Part shown: in pieces, positions 51,306-64,000 of the stretch
How positions within the stretch are numbered: the first letter of the stretch is position 1
How the letters are laid out: each line of letters opens with the position of its first letter
Source of the DNA: Octopus vulgaris
Taxonomy: Eukaryota
Length of the DNA stretch: 64,000 nt
NCBI GenBank assembly: GCA_951406725.2
Contig: OX597823.1
Span: 9,362,001-9,426,000, forward strand
Direction: 5' to 3'
The notes under the pieces: generated by a model
Told to the model about the DNA's origin: nothing
Seen by the model: only the letters and a program-made list of their open reading frames with translations
The model's database searches: none
Position numbers and translations under genes: made by a program

Positions 51306-51735
51306 GGCAGCGAGCTGACAGAATCGAAAACATCTCGGGGGAAATGTTTAGAGACATTTCGTCCGTTTTTACTTTCTGAGTTCAAATGTCGACGAGGTCA
51401 ACTTTGCCTTTCACCATTTCAAAGTAGATAAAATAAGTACCAGTTGAGTACTGTGATCGATTAATCGAATTACCAAGGCGCACTCGGGATTGCTGGCCTT
51501 GTGTCAAAACCTGAAATCAATATTTAGTATCTTCAAAGCGGCGAGCTGGCTAAATTACTTGCACTCCAGGTGAAATGCTGAAAAATTTCGCCCATCCTTG
51601 CCGAGATGATCAGCTTTGCTTTTCATCGCTCGGGGTCGATAAAAAAAGTACTAGTCGGGCAATAATCGAAAACACCCCCACCACCACCAAAGACCACCAA
51701 AAAATTGCTGGCCTTGTGCTAAAATTTGAAACCAA
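51306..51735 (+). mobile_element. Two adjacent diverged SINE family B copies (alternative tail)
   Basis: Heads at ~51306 and ~51537, each ending GCTGGCCTTGTG...GAAA.CAATATTT. Confidence 0.65.
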
Positions 51736-51751
51736 TATTTTGGGTCTTTAA

Positions 51752-52131
51752 TCTATATATATTAAGCTGAAGTTGTCTTTGTGTGGCAGGTTTGGTAGCC
51801 TTCAACTAACACTATCTCCTCCGAGACCCTGCGGCACAAGTTGGCCAAAATTGAAAGTATGATAGAAGAAGGCTTGCTCTTGATTTCGTAGAAGATCAAA
51901 TACAAATCGGACCAAAAATTATTTACATCAAAAAGGTGCTTTCTTTGTATGAAAATCCCTATTTTTTTACGATTTTTTGACTGCAGTGTCGCCATTTTTC
52001 GGTGTATTTCAACTAGAAAAATGTTCACTTAAAGAGAATAACAAGCTACATAATGCAAAATGTTTACTTTTCAAAAATTCCAATTCTAGAGGGTTGAAAC
52101 AAACCCGAGCAACGCCGGGCGATACTGCTAG
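51752..52131 (+). mobile_element. Non-autonomous Helitron H2
   Basis: A|TC...AAACCCGAGCAACGCCGGGCGATACTGCTAG|T. Confidence 0.9.
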
Positions 52132-52782
52132 TAGAATTGTAAGGCGAATAGAGACACAGAATACTGTATTTCGTAAATTGTCGCGATCTGTTGTTTATAT
52201 CTTCAGTGTTTCTTATTTCTGATGTGAGGTGTGCTACTTCTAATGCAATTGCCATTGTATATTGAAAAGTTATACATAGGAAATACAATATTTTTATTCA
52301 TTACTCTATTTTATCATGTAGATTAGACTATGGGTATGTGCGTTCGTATATGATTGTGTATTATTTGCTCGTAAATCTTCGAGAAGTGTCAAGTCAGTAC
52401 TATGCTGATATTTACAAATTTTATATCAATATCTTTGTTTACACTGTTTTAGTTCAACTGGTATTTCATTTGCATTCTTCTCTATTGATTTTATTAAATA
52501 TTCACAATTCATATCTTCAGCATCTTTTCCTTTCTCAACTGAATTGCACATTTATATGCAGAGACGGACTGAGCAGATAAGAATGAAGAAAGAATAGCAC
52601 TATTCTTCATAAATATATAATAATTTGTTACCATATTTTGAGGAGATTCGATTCAATTCACCCCTGAATATATTACTGGGAACTTTATCAGCTCCAGAAA
52701 GAATAAAGAATCATCTTTATAAGTTGGCAAATGTCAGAGCTGTTTTTATAGAATTTAAAAATATTACCTGTTACATTACAAT

Positions 52783-53130
<348 letters not shown>

Positions 53131-54849
53131 TTTGACAGTTCATATTTACTAACTTGTTCAGTGTTTTATTGAAAAGAAACATTTCAAAGCTGGATTGGAT
53201 AAGATCTACATTTCAGACAAAGAATATTACATTCAGAAGAGACTGTTTATATCTTCACCTTATCCTTAGCGAGAATTAAGTTCACGAAATTCTTATCAGT
53301 GCATAGACATATACATGTACATATACCCACGCGTAAGCACACATTCATTCATTCATACACACGCTCACGCACTTACGCACACGCATGCAGGCACATACAT
53401 ATTTATTTACGTACAAGCACACATCTATGCATATTTACATAAAAATAGGATTTATTTCACTACGGATCTCAAAGGTTTATGAATGCAAATTTTATTAATA
53501 AGTAAACTACAAACCAGAAACTAACACACAGTACTTTTAATAAAACCTAGTCGTGGTAGAACAAAGCAATAATTTAAATCTGTGACAGATGATATTACCA
53601 CCTACAACATCATTCTTATTGCTCACCTTTCGACAAAGACAGAAAAAATTATTATAATAGCATCTCTGTCGATACTTCATTCTGAATATGTCTACAAGAA
53701 ATTCTCGAAGCGTGTTAATAAATTTAGTAACGTTATTGCGACAATCTATGCCTGAAGAAATTATTTGAAACTAAATTTGTGATCTGAAGTTATTGAGTAG
53801 GCCACCTTGCATCCAGGGCTCCCCCAGGCCAAGTACATCTCATACAACCCATTCTTAAACCCACCATGCTGTCCAGAAAGAGTTTAGATAAGAACGAAAG
53901 GGAGTCTACTTACCGACCTGCTGCCACTAGAGGTCAAGTAGTTCAACCTCCATAACCTACTGGTGTTCCTTTAAAAGTCTACACGTGGCTTTACTTTAGC
54001 GGTTCCCACGTTGTTAAGGTAGCTCTCCCAAATCTTTCTTGTATGTTTCCATAGGCGTTCGCACCATTACCAGTAATTATGGCACTTGATCGGTCTGGCG
54101 CCGAAGATCTCACCCTTTCTCTCGATGTCTTTCCTTCGTGGTACGGGGGCCAACAATTCTTTAATAGTACTCCTCACTAGCTCGAGGTTTTGGGTTGTGT
54201 CATGGGCTCTTGCTTTTGGGTATGGGTATTTTTCGTGGTTTGTTACAGTTGTGGTAGTGTTGGCGGAACTATTTGTGGTAGCAGTGAACGTGTTGATTGT
54301 CGTGCTGGAGGGGTTGTTGTTGCTTTTAGTGTGTCTGTGGCTGTTGTATGTGCATTTTCTATGATTTTTAGTGTGTGTTGGTATGGAGCATGCTGTTAGA
54401 TTCTACTTTAGTTTCAGTTCCTTTGGTTATTTGGGATTGCCTACTCATTTTCACTGCATTATACGGGGGTATCTGTATCTCTTGAATCAGGGTGTGAGTG
54501 TAAGTATTCGCATTTCAAGGAGGTAGAGAGTGGGAAGTAGAGGGAGAAAGCTTCGTTGGGAGAACCCCTGCGTTTTGTGTATGTCCGTTATTATTGTTCT
54601 TTCTGCTGTTGAAGTTGGCGGTTTTACATCCGCTGCTGGTGCCGTTCGTGTTTTCGGTGCTGCTGTTGCTGTTGTTGTTGCTAGTATTAATGTTGCTCCT
54701 GTTGCTGAAGTTGCTGTCCTTAAAAGCTTTTGCTGATTTTTCTATTCCTGTTGATGATGCTCGCGTTGCTGGGGTTGGTGCCACTTATTTTTTGATAGTT
54801 TCTGGTTTAGTTGTTCAAGCTTCCTATGGTTCCCTGCCTTCTTTTGGAG

Positions 54850-55450
54850 ATAGAGAGCTCTGAAGTGTTCTTTTTTCCCACACTTGTCTACCCTCAAGTG
54901 CAACATACGGCTCTTCCCCTCCTGGAAGGGGACTGAGGTCTACGATTGTATCTGTTTAATGTAGAGTAGTACCTCCACACTGATCCCAGACCAGTTTTCA
55001 CCACGGGTCCGCTTAGGTTCCTGGAGGCTATTACAATCTTCCAAAACAATACATGCTAAAATCCACCATAAATTTACTTCAGGTGGAATTCTCATCAACC
55101 TACTTCCTAAATATGATGGGTGGAGCATATATTTTTCGCTCCGACAGGGAACCACGGATTGTTTGGCGGCCAGAGCTTCAGTCTGAAAAACACTGAAACA
55201 CCCACAAATAAGCTGATTTTCAGGAATTATCTCTTTCAGCACACCTTCCACATCTGCCTGACAAGCCGTTTCCGGCTACTTTGTGTTTATAAAACACATT
55301 TATAAATCACGTTTTTCTTATATTTTCTGCCAACACCTCGGAGGTGATGGCAATGTCCACCCGCGCTTTTTCCAGGTTTATTAGTTTGACCGCTTTGGCC
55401 AGACACATCCTTCTGTATGATATCCACCCTATATAGTTCTGCCCTTTCCG
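54850..55450 (-). pseudogene. Decayed gag-like ORF1 of a non-LTR retrotransposon (L1/Tx1-like)
   Basis: ...HPSYLG...IPPEV...W.G..VEV..., then VALEGR(fs)KCGKKEHFRA (degenerate CCHC knuckle), followed downstream by a low-complexity T/P/K/Q-rich stretch (54200-54800). Confidence 0.5.
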
Positions 55451-55590
55451 TAGCCTTTTTATTCAATATTTTAGATAGTTTAGCTTGTTATTTGTATTTG
55501 CGGATTTATATATTTCTAATTATTTTTGTTTATTTATATGTATCACAGCCACATTATGTTGGCAAATAGCCTTTACTTTATATATATAAG

Positions 55591-55633
<43 letters not shown>

Positions 55634-56401
55634 ACGTGTGTGTGTGTGTGTGTTTCTGTTTGTATGTGTGTATGTGTCCGTCAGTGTGTGTAAAGTGTAC
55701 AAGCACGTGTTTTGTTTAATATCTACCCAATCATACATCAACAGCTAATTTCAAATGATACACCACCTTAATTCTCATCACCGATCCGTCCTAACCAACC
55801 ACGTGCCTTGCACAAACATGCATGTAGGCTAATCATTCTCGTAGCTCCATCTTTCGCTCTCTACGTTATTTAAACCAAGAAACATAAATAAGCACACATC
55901 TATACTTTCGTTCTTACCAGTCCTGCTAAATTATTCCTGGTGCTGTATCAACATGTATGTGCCTATGAACACATGCAAGCATATATGAATTAATTCACCT
56001 AACTCCCTAATCAACAAAGCAATTCTAGTGCTCCATACATAATATATGTTCGGTAGTACACGATCACGAACGTATACGCATTAACAGGGGAGAATTCCCA
56101 AATACCCCCTATCCACATACGAACTCACACATTAACAACTATAAGTCATATAATCGCACACAGACACATACTCACTAACACACATATATACTCGTTATGT
56201 ATATTTCTGGTACCAAAATTATCCAGCTACAGGTGGAAGCTTATCAGGTACTCATGCACTCATCAGGTACTCAGCCTCCATATTAACTAGCCCAGCTTAT
56301 GTGGGTTTAGCTATTCTCGCTAAAACCCAATGAAGGATTTGTTAATATATAACTATACTTAACTAAGCACGTACTTATCGCGTGCGCTATAAACATTCAA
56401 A

Positions 56402-56633
56402 GCGACGAGCTGGCAGAAACCTTAGCACGCCGAGTGAAATGCGTAGCCGTATTTCGTCTGCCGTTACGTTCTGAGTTCAAATTCCGCCGAGGTCCACTTT
56501 GCCTTTCATTCTTTCGGGGTCGATTAAATAAGTACCAGTTGCGCACTGGAGTCGATATAATCGACTTAATCCGTTTGTCTGTCCTTGTTTGTCCCCTCTG
56601 TGTTTAGCCCCTTGTGGGTAGTAAAGAAATAGG
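56402..56633 (+). mobile_element. SINE family B with TSD
   Basis: TSD TATAAACATT. Confidence 0.9.
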
Positions 56634-56704
56634 TATAAACATTTACCTTTATTAAAGAAAAGATTTAAGGGCTATGGTGAAAGCAACGGACGGCCATTTT
56701 GGTT

Positions 56705-56773
<69 letters not shown>

Positions 56774-57856
56774 CATAGAACATCAAGACTTTCATTAACC
56801 AAAACCAAAATTTTATTTATTTTTTGGTAGAACGGATAATAGAAAATATAAAAGGTGCACCTATTACATCTCAATTATGATCTTTCCGGTCCCATAATAA
56901 CATGCTTAAGCGCATACATAGACGCACACACAAAAACACACACTCATCCCGCTCTCCCCTACACATGCTCATATACATGTATATACAGAGCAGAGATCAT
57001 TCTGTCGTATCGGTGTTGGCAGCTTCTGTATTAAAGACTAAGTGCCCGGAGTTTAGTGTTGGAAAGTGTCAACGCGTGTCTAAACATAATTGGAATTGAC
57101 TGTTATTCTAACGCTCCAGCTAGTCCGTAGTTCACGCAACACTTTCGGCACGTGGCGCGACATATATTTATCTTTGCAATGATATGATGAGGACAAGACT
57201 CTATGTATGGGAGTATGTGTGTGTGTGTGTGTGTGTGTATGAATTTATGTAGGTGTTTATATATACATATATAGATGTATAAAGATATTCGCTTATGCAC
57301 ACGTACAGTCCTTGATAGATAGAGCTGGGTGTAAATCAAAATAGAAGAGGGTTAAGCGTGATACTAATTGCTTAGCGATATTCTAGCCATATTTATGTTG
57401 TTACAAGATTCAATAATAGTCTATGACGACTGTGAAGCGGAAGATGTTTATATTTTGATACGACTTTGTTTGTTATAGATTCACCATACTCAACACTAAT
57501 ACAGAGTCATATCTGTCAATATCATCTCTCATATTACTTTCTTCAACAACTTTTTCACATTTTCTCTAACGCTTTCACTCTTATCTACTTTTCCCCCTAT
57601 CATTGTATATATTTTCACGAAAAACAGAGAAAAAATCAGGAGCGATAGACGGATAAACAATGACAGCAAGGTAAATTTAGTTTCACACGAAAAAATTCAG
57701 GAGTATTTTCCAGTGACTCTGTCTACTCGCCCATTTATCCCTTATCTTTGTATAGTTTGTCTCATACCCTAACTTGGTTTATTCATGTTTGTATATATTA
57801 CTGTTCCTTTTCACTTCTCACTCTCTCTCACCCTCTACATCTCTCTCTCTCTCTCA

Positions 57857-58357
57857 TGGAAAAAAGGTTCTTCTCTCTAGTTGGTGGGATTGCAAAAGAG
57901 CAATTCACTTTGAATTGTTACCACCTAATGCAACAATCAACGCTCAAGTCTATTGTCAGCAAATAGAGTACTTGAACCAAGCTTTGAAGAATTAATAGAC
58001 GCTTTAGTGAATAGAAAAGGAGTGATGTTTCATCAGGACAATACGCGACCCCACACTGCAACGATTACATCACAGAAGATCGAAGAGCTTGATTGGGAAA
58101 ATTTTCCTCATCCACCTTATTCCCCTCACCATGCTCCTTCAGACTACCATTTTTTTCGTAGATTACAGAATCATTTGGGGAACAACTTTCGCAAGCCAGG
58201 AGGAGTTTTACATTGATGGGATTTAAAAGCTTGTAAATAGATGGAAGGAAGTCATAGATAATAAATGAAAGTACATTGAGGATTAAATTTCAATTAAATA
58301 TAATATTTGATCACTAATTTTGTTTATTCAAAATTCGGACAGAATTTATGGGATGAC

Positions 58358-58361
<4 letters not shown>
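57857..58361 (+). pseudogene. Mariner transposase 3' fragment with right TIR
   Basis: KKVLLSSWWDCKRAIHFELLP..TIN...YCQQ / RKGVMFHQDNTRPH...HPPYSPHHAPSDYHFFR. TIR-like GAATTTATGGGATGACATGA at the end. Confidence 0.9.
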
Positions 58362-58405
<44 letters not shown>

Positions 58406-58408
<3 letters not shown>

Positions 58409-58583
58409 CAGATGAACCAACTTCACGGAAGGAGGTGCAGATGAGGGCAGCTGCATCGAATTCTCTCATGCGCCAAATGGCAATTGCTAAAAAGCATTCG
58501 TTAAGTAAAATCATGTAGCAACACCAAATGGCGGCGCCCCAGCATGGCCACAGCTTGTGAGCTGAAACTAGATAAAATAAAAA

Positions 58584-58585
<2 letters not shown>
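58406..58585 (+). mobile_element. SINE-like fragment with a family-A-related 3' tail
   Basis: GCGCCCCAGCATGGCCACAGC...GAAACTAGATAAAATAAAA resembles the A tail, but the upstream part differs. Confidence 0.5.
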
Positions 58586-58614
<29 letters not shown>

Positions 58615-58633
58615 ATGTATGTGTATGTGTGTA

Positions 58634-58710
<77 letters not shown>

Positions 58711-58841
58711 TTACATAATATCGAGGTCTCTTTCATTCTTTATTGTCTTATCATTTATATCAATAAGTTACCTCCCGTACACCGCTTTTTTTGCCCTAAG
58801 GGCGAATACACCTTATTTTGGAAAAGCGATATATATATATA

Positions 58842-59244
58842 TTCTCTTTTACTTGTTTCAGTCCTTTGACTGCGGCCATGCTGGAGCACCGCCTTTAGTC
58901 GAGCGACTCGACCCCGGGACTTATTCTTTTTTTGTAAGCCCAGTACTTATGCTATCGGTCTCTTTTGCCGAACCGCTAAGTAACGGGGACATAAACACAC
59001 CAGCATCGGTTGTCAAGCAATGCTAGGGGGACAAACACAGACACACAAACAAACACACATACATATATATACACATATATACGACAGGCTTCTTTCAGTT
59101 TCCGTCTACAAAATCCACTCACAAGGCATTGGTTGGCCCGGGGCTATAGCAGAAGACACTTGCCCAAGATGCCACGCAGTGGGACTGAACCCGGAACCAT
59201 GTGGTTGGTTAGCAAGCTACTTACCACACAGCCACTCCTGCGCC
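58842..59244 (-). mobile_element. SINE family A, full length
   Basis: Complete colinear copy. Confidence 0.9.
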
Positions 59245-59301
<57 letters not shown>

Positions 59302-59387
59302 AATCCAAACGGGAAACAAAAAACAACAACAAGGGAACAATTACAGTATTATTATTAATAGGCGCTCAGGAAATGGAAGCAGGGAGG

Positions 59388-59423
59388 TATGACGTTTCGA
59401 GCGGAGCTCTTCGTCGGAAACAT
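59388..59423 (-). ncRNA. Minimal hammerhead-like motif (Penelope-type), CCGA variant
   Basis: Minus strand GTTT-CCGACGA-A-GAGC-TCC-GCTC-GAAAC-GTC, preceded by a pyrimidine-rich tract. Confidence 0.55.
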
Positions 59424-59795
59424 AAAGAAGGAAGAGAGAGGAAAGAAAGATCCCGGAGCGGGCAACGGAGATAGAGAAAACGGCTGGTGTTAGCAGAAGC
59501 ACATGGTGAAAGGCGGATGTTTACGATAACAAGAGCAAAGTGGGTTTTTAAAGGCAAAAGAGTGGAGACAAGGTTGGTAACGCAACAGATGTGTGTGTAT
59601 GTGTGAGTGTGTGCGTGTGCGTGTGTGTATGTGTGTGTGTGAGGCGAGGTAAAAAAACAAAAATATATGTATGTGTTAGTGTGTGCGTCTGTGTGTAGGC
59701 GTGTGAGGTAGGGCGAGACGGTATATATATATCAGCACGCTTACACATGTTATGCATACACACACACACATTTACGTGTGTATAATGAATGACTG

Positions 59796-59826
<31 letters not shown>

Positions 59827-60987
59827 CATACATACACACACAAACACACACACACACACACATATATTAGATTCTCTAGGTTCCTGTGAAAATATTCAGG
59901 CTACAATATACGCAAAAACATTTGACCCGACAAACAGGCGACATCACCTTGATCTGTGACTGTTTGGAATATGATAGACAGTTGGCAAGATAGCTAACTA
60001 GTTGCTAGCTAACTAGATTGACACAAGCACACACATTAAACCCCTCACTCAGCAAATGTGTAAGCGTGTATGTGTAGGTGTGTGATAGTGTAAATATGAA
60101 TAGATATCTGTGTAAATACATGCTTCGCTATATGTGTGTATGCATGTGTAAGTATATACATATATCTGTGTGCTTATGCGCGCACGCACACATATATACA
60201 TACATACACATACTTATTAGATTGACAAATAGTAAGCGGATAACAAGAAGTAAGTTACAAAAGAAAAGACAAAAAATCTATCTAATAAAATAGTCGACAG
60301 GCTTATCTCCGTCTGGTATCTTTGTTGTGTTTGTTAATATACTTTTACATATCTCTATGTTGTCTCAGTACACCAGCCTACCAGTTTTTATACGCCTCTT
60401 TAAGAATAAATATGTATTCAGGGCTTCTTTGTATAGGAATTTGTACTGCGAGATGAAGAAACTCCTTTCGTTATTACTTAGATTCAAGATCGATTCCATC
60501 TGGCTCCACCTCGGGTAATATCCTTCAAGAATAGCCTAGGGAAAATCTAACAAATATTTATGCAGTTTCGTGTACAGAAACTTTGTATAAGCCTGTTGGA
60601 GAATCATTTCTACGAGTGGGTGTTAGAATTCTGTTATTGAGTCACCCAGTTGAACACCAACAGCAGAGTTAATTTTATTACAAACAGTCGATTCACGTCT
60701 GTTCCTCTTTGTGCTTCACGGAGACTTCATATGGGACTTGGGTTCTGCAGCGGAATATAGACACTATGCGCTTTACTTTGACTAAGATATAAGAAATAAC
60801 ATTTTCAAAACATCCACATGTACATATTATCTAAAAAGAAACATTTATTCAAAAGTAAATTTCACCAAAATTTCGTGCGAAAGGCAGATATTTTCAATTA
60901 TAACTGAAGACAGTCTAAAGAGCGGAGAAGAAAATGGCTGATATTTGTCTCTCAACATTGACAACTGTTGTTGGTATCATTGTTGGT

Positions 60988-61071
<84 letters not shown>

Positions 61072-61347
61072 GTGTGTGTGTATGTACATACCTACATATA
61101 TATGTATATATATGCATATATGGGTACCGGACATGAAAATAACATTGAACACAATGTGAAATGAAAACATTTTTTCCGAACAACGAAATAAACAGGGAAC
61201 CTTGATATGTGACATAAAGAATATTCCACTTCACCAGTTGTCCCTGTTTTGTCTGCTCCGCGTTTCGTAGGTGCGTGCTTGTGTGTGTTTGTATATGCGC
61301 TTGAATGTGAGTTCGTAACAATATACATTGAATCAAACATGTGCCGT

Positions 61348-61683
61348 GGCACTCTGTCGGTTATGACAACAAGGATTCCTGTTGATCCGATTAACGAAAA
61401 AGTGTGCTCGTGAAATTAACGCAAAGACATGTGTACCTAATGGTGACACAGAGCGTGGCAACGCTGGCCTTTTGAAATACAGGTACAACAGAAACAGGAT
61501 GAAAGATAGAGAGAAAATTGTGGTGAAAGAATACAGGAAAGTTCGCCATTACCTTCTGCCGGAGCCGCGTGGAACTTCGGCGTTTCGCTGATAAACACAC
61601 TCATCGCCCGGTCTGAAATTCGAGTCCCCGCGATCCCTGGACCACGAATCCGCTGCTCTAACCAGTATGCCATGTGCCTCCAC
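61348..61683 (-). mobile_element. tRNA-headed SINE, family F (E-type head/body with D-type tail)
   Basis: 61490-61683 matches 40314-40500, and 61348-61490 matches 4557-4740. Confidence 0.8.
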
Positions 61684-61687
61684 ATGA

Positions 61688-61749
<62 letters not shown>

Positions 61750-61828
61750 ATGTATATATATATATGTGTATATATATATATGTATATATATATGTATATG
61801 TATATATATATGTATGTATATATATATA

Positions 61829-62239
61829 TACTCTTTTACTCTTTTACTCGTTTCAGTCATTTGACTGCGGCCATGCTGGAGCACAGCCTTTAGTCGAGCG
61901 AATCGACCCCGGGACTTATTCTTTGTAAGCCCAGTACTTATTCTATCGGTCTCCTTTGCCGAAACGCTAAGTGACGGGGACGTAAACACACCAGCATCAG
62001 TTGTCAAGCAATGCTAGAGGGGCAAACACAGACACACAAACATATACATACACATACATACATATATATACATATATACGACAGGCTTCTTTCAGTTTCC
62101 GTCTACCAAATCCACTCACAAGTCATTGGTCGGCCCGAGGCTATAGCAGAAGACACTTTCCCAAGATGCCACGCAGTGGGACTGAACCCAGAACCATGTG
62201 GTTAGTAGGCAAGCTACTTACCACACAGCCACTCCTGCG

Positions 62240-62241
<2 letters not shown>
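61829..62241 (-). mobile_element. SINE family A, full length
   Basis: Complete colinear copy inside (AT)n. Confidence 0.9.
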
Positions 62242-62292
<51 letters not shown>

Positions 62293-62706
62293 TAAAGTTA
62301 TTTAATGCTCCTGTAAATGGGCATTTGTGTGTGTATGTGGTGGTGTGTGTACGTGCGTTTTACTATATTTTTTATTGTATTATGTTTTTATTGTATTGTA
62401 TTATTACGTGAGTGTGTGTTTCAGCATGTTCTACGCACATATCAATGGTGAGTAGGCGATTCTCTTCCTATCTCGCATATGTTCCCTCACTATGTATTTA
62501 ATGCTTTTCCCAATCAATGAGGAATTATTCACAGATATCAGTTCAATAATCGGTCAACCGAAATCTCTCTTGAAAAAAAGAAATATATATAAAGGAAATG
62601 GAGGATTATGTAAAATATAAAAGCAAAATTTAATGGAAATGTATTGGTTTATTGCTAGACTTTCTTTGCTCTTTTACATATACACATTGCATATTGTATA
62701 CATGCG

Positions 62707-62738
<32 letters not shown>

Positions 62739-63024
62739 ATCACACATATAGGTATATTTGTCAAAGTGGGTGTATGTGTGTAAGCGCGCGCGCACACACA
62801 CACAAACACGGATATATATACAGGCATATATATATATATATTCACGAATGGTATTAAAATGCCGAAACGTGATTTTTCAGTCTTGAGCAGAGAAAAGAAA
62901 TGAATCATAGGATAACTTTTATGTGTCTAAGTAAAATAATAGTAATACTGGCGAATACGATGTTGATGATGATGATGATGATGACGACGACGATGATGAT
63001 GATGATACAAATGATGATAATAAT

Positions 63025-63218
63025 CATTTCTACGATAGACACAAGGCCTGGGGGAGAGAGTAGTCGTCTACATCGACCTCAGTACAAAACTAATACTTTT
63101 TTTTTCGACCTCCAAAGGATTAAAAGTAAAGCCGATCTCGGTGAAATTTGAACTCAGAGCACAAAGACGGACGAAATGCCGGTAAGCATTTTGTCCGGCG
63201 TGCTAACGATTCTGCCAG
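63025..63218 (-). mobile_element. SINE family B, alternative tail, diverged
   Basis: ACAAGGCCTGGGGG...TTTGAACTCAGAGC...CTAACGATTCTGCCAG. Confidence 0.75.
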
Positions 63219-64000
63219 CAATTGCATACCAATTGGTCTGATATGAAGAAATGAGATTTAAAAATCGGGGGGAAAAAATGCTTGTAAAAATCACTCAAAT
63301 ACAATGACGTGAAATGTAAAGTAAATGTATGGAAGATGGGATACACGAAAGTATATCATTACTGAACCGTTAAGGGTACAGGAAATAACGAAAGATCTGT
63401 CTGGGCTATATTCTGGAGATGAAGTTAAGAGGATATATCCCATTCAAGTGACTGATATTCTCACGAAAATACCAACTATAATTGCAAGAAAGTTTTTTTC
63501 TCAAGATCAGGCTCGCCTTAAAGAAAAGGAAGGGCTTCTGTAGATTAGAACAAATACAGCAAAAATAATAATAGTAATATTAATGGTGGTGGTGATAATG
63601 ATGATGATGATGATGATGATGATAAGGATAAGTATGTCCAAATACGACCTGTTATACATACATACACACATACGTACGCACACAGATACGCTCAAATATA
63701 TGTACATATATTAACAATGACTATAAACGCCAGGCGCTATGTGGTGCCATAAAGAAATATTCAATCGTCACTAAAAGTGATTAAAGGTGCCGAAGCAGCC
63801 ACTTTGCTAGAAATAAAAGTTAAATATCCTTAATAATGTAAGAATAGCCGAAACATATATATATATATATATATATATAATAAATATTAGGGAATAAATC
63901 CAAATTTACAGGGAAAAAATCAGATTTAGGATTAAATCCAATTTTATAGTAAAATATTATATAATATTAATTAGAGACAAAACCACTATTTTGCAAAATA

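Overview
AT-rich eukaryotic non-coding DNA, intergenic or deep intronic. It is dense in (AT)n/(AC)n/(TAA)n microsatellites and interspersed repeats, and the repeat content looks like a coleoid cephalopod, most likely Octopus (inference from repeat style, not a database match). I found no intact host gene, rRNA, true tRNA gene or CRISPR array; nearly all listed ORFs are microsatellite or SINE read-through artefacts. Recognisable content: (1) tRNA-headed SINE families, given working labels A, B (about 20 copies, many with TSDs, some concatemeric) and C/D/E/F (modular); (2) two non-autonomous Helitron families (5'-TC...hairpin-CTAG-3'); (3) MITEs and mariner derivatives; (4) decayed transposase fragments (maT/DD37D-like, mariner, MULE); (5) non-LTR fragments (CR1, R4/Dong-like RLE, an ORF1 with a zinc knuckle); (6) two different Penelope-like RT relics, plus several minimal hammerhead-ribozyme-like motifs of the kind known from Penelope pseudo-LTRs. 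The best leads are a palindromic element carrying three hammerhead-like cores, a recurrent CCGA core variant, a ~340-350 bp tandem unit shared with a Helitron, a Helitron flanked by an exact-length 80-bp duplication, and one-head/multi-body SINE concatemers inside a single TSD. None is demonstrably a new biological system from sequence alone.
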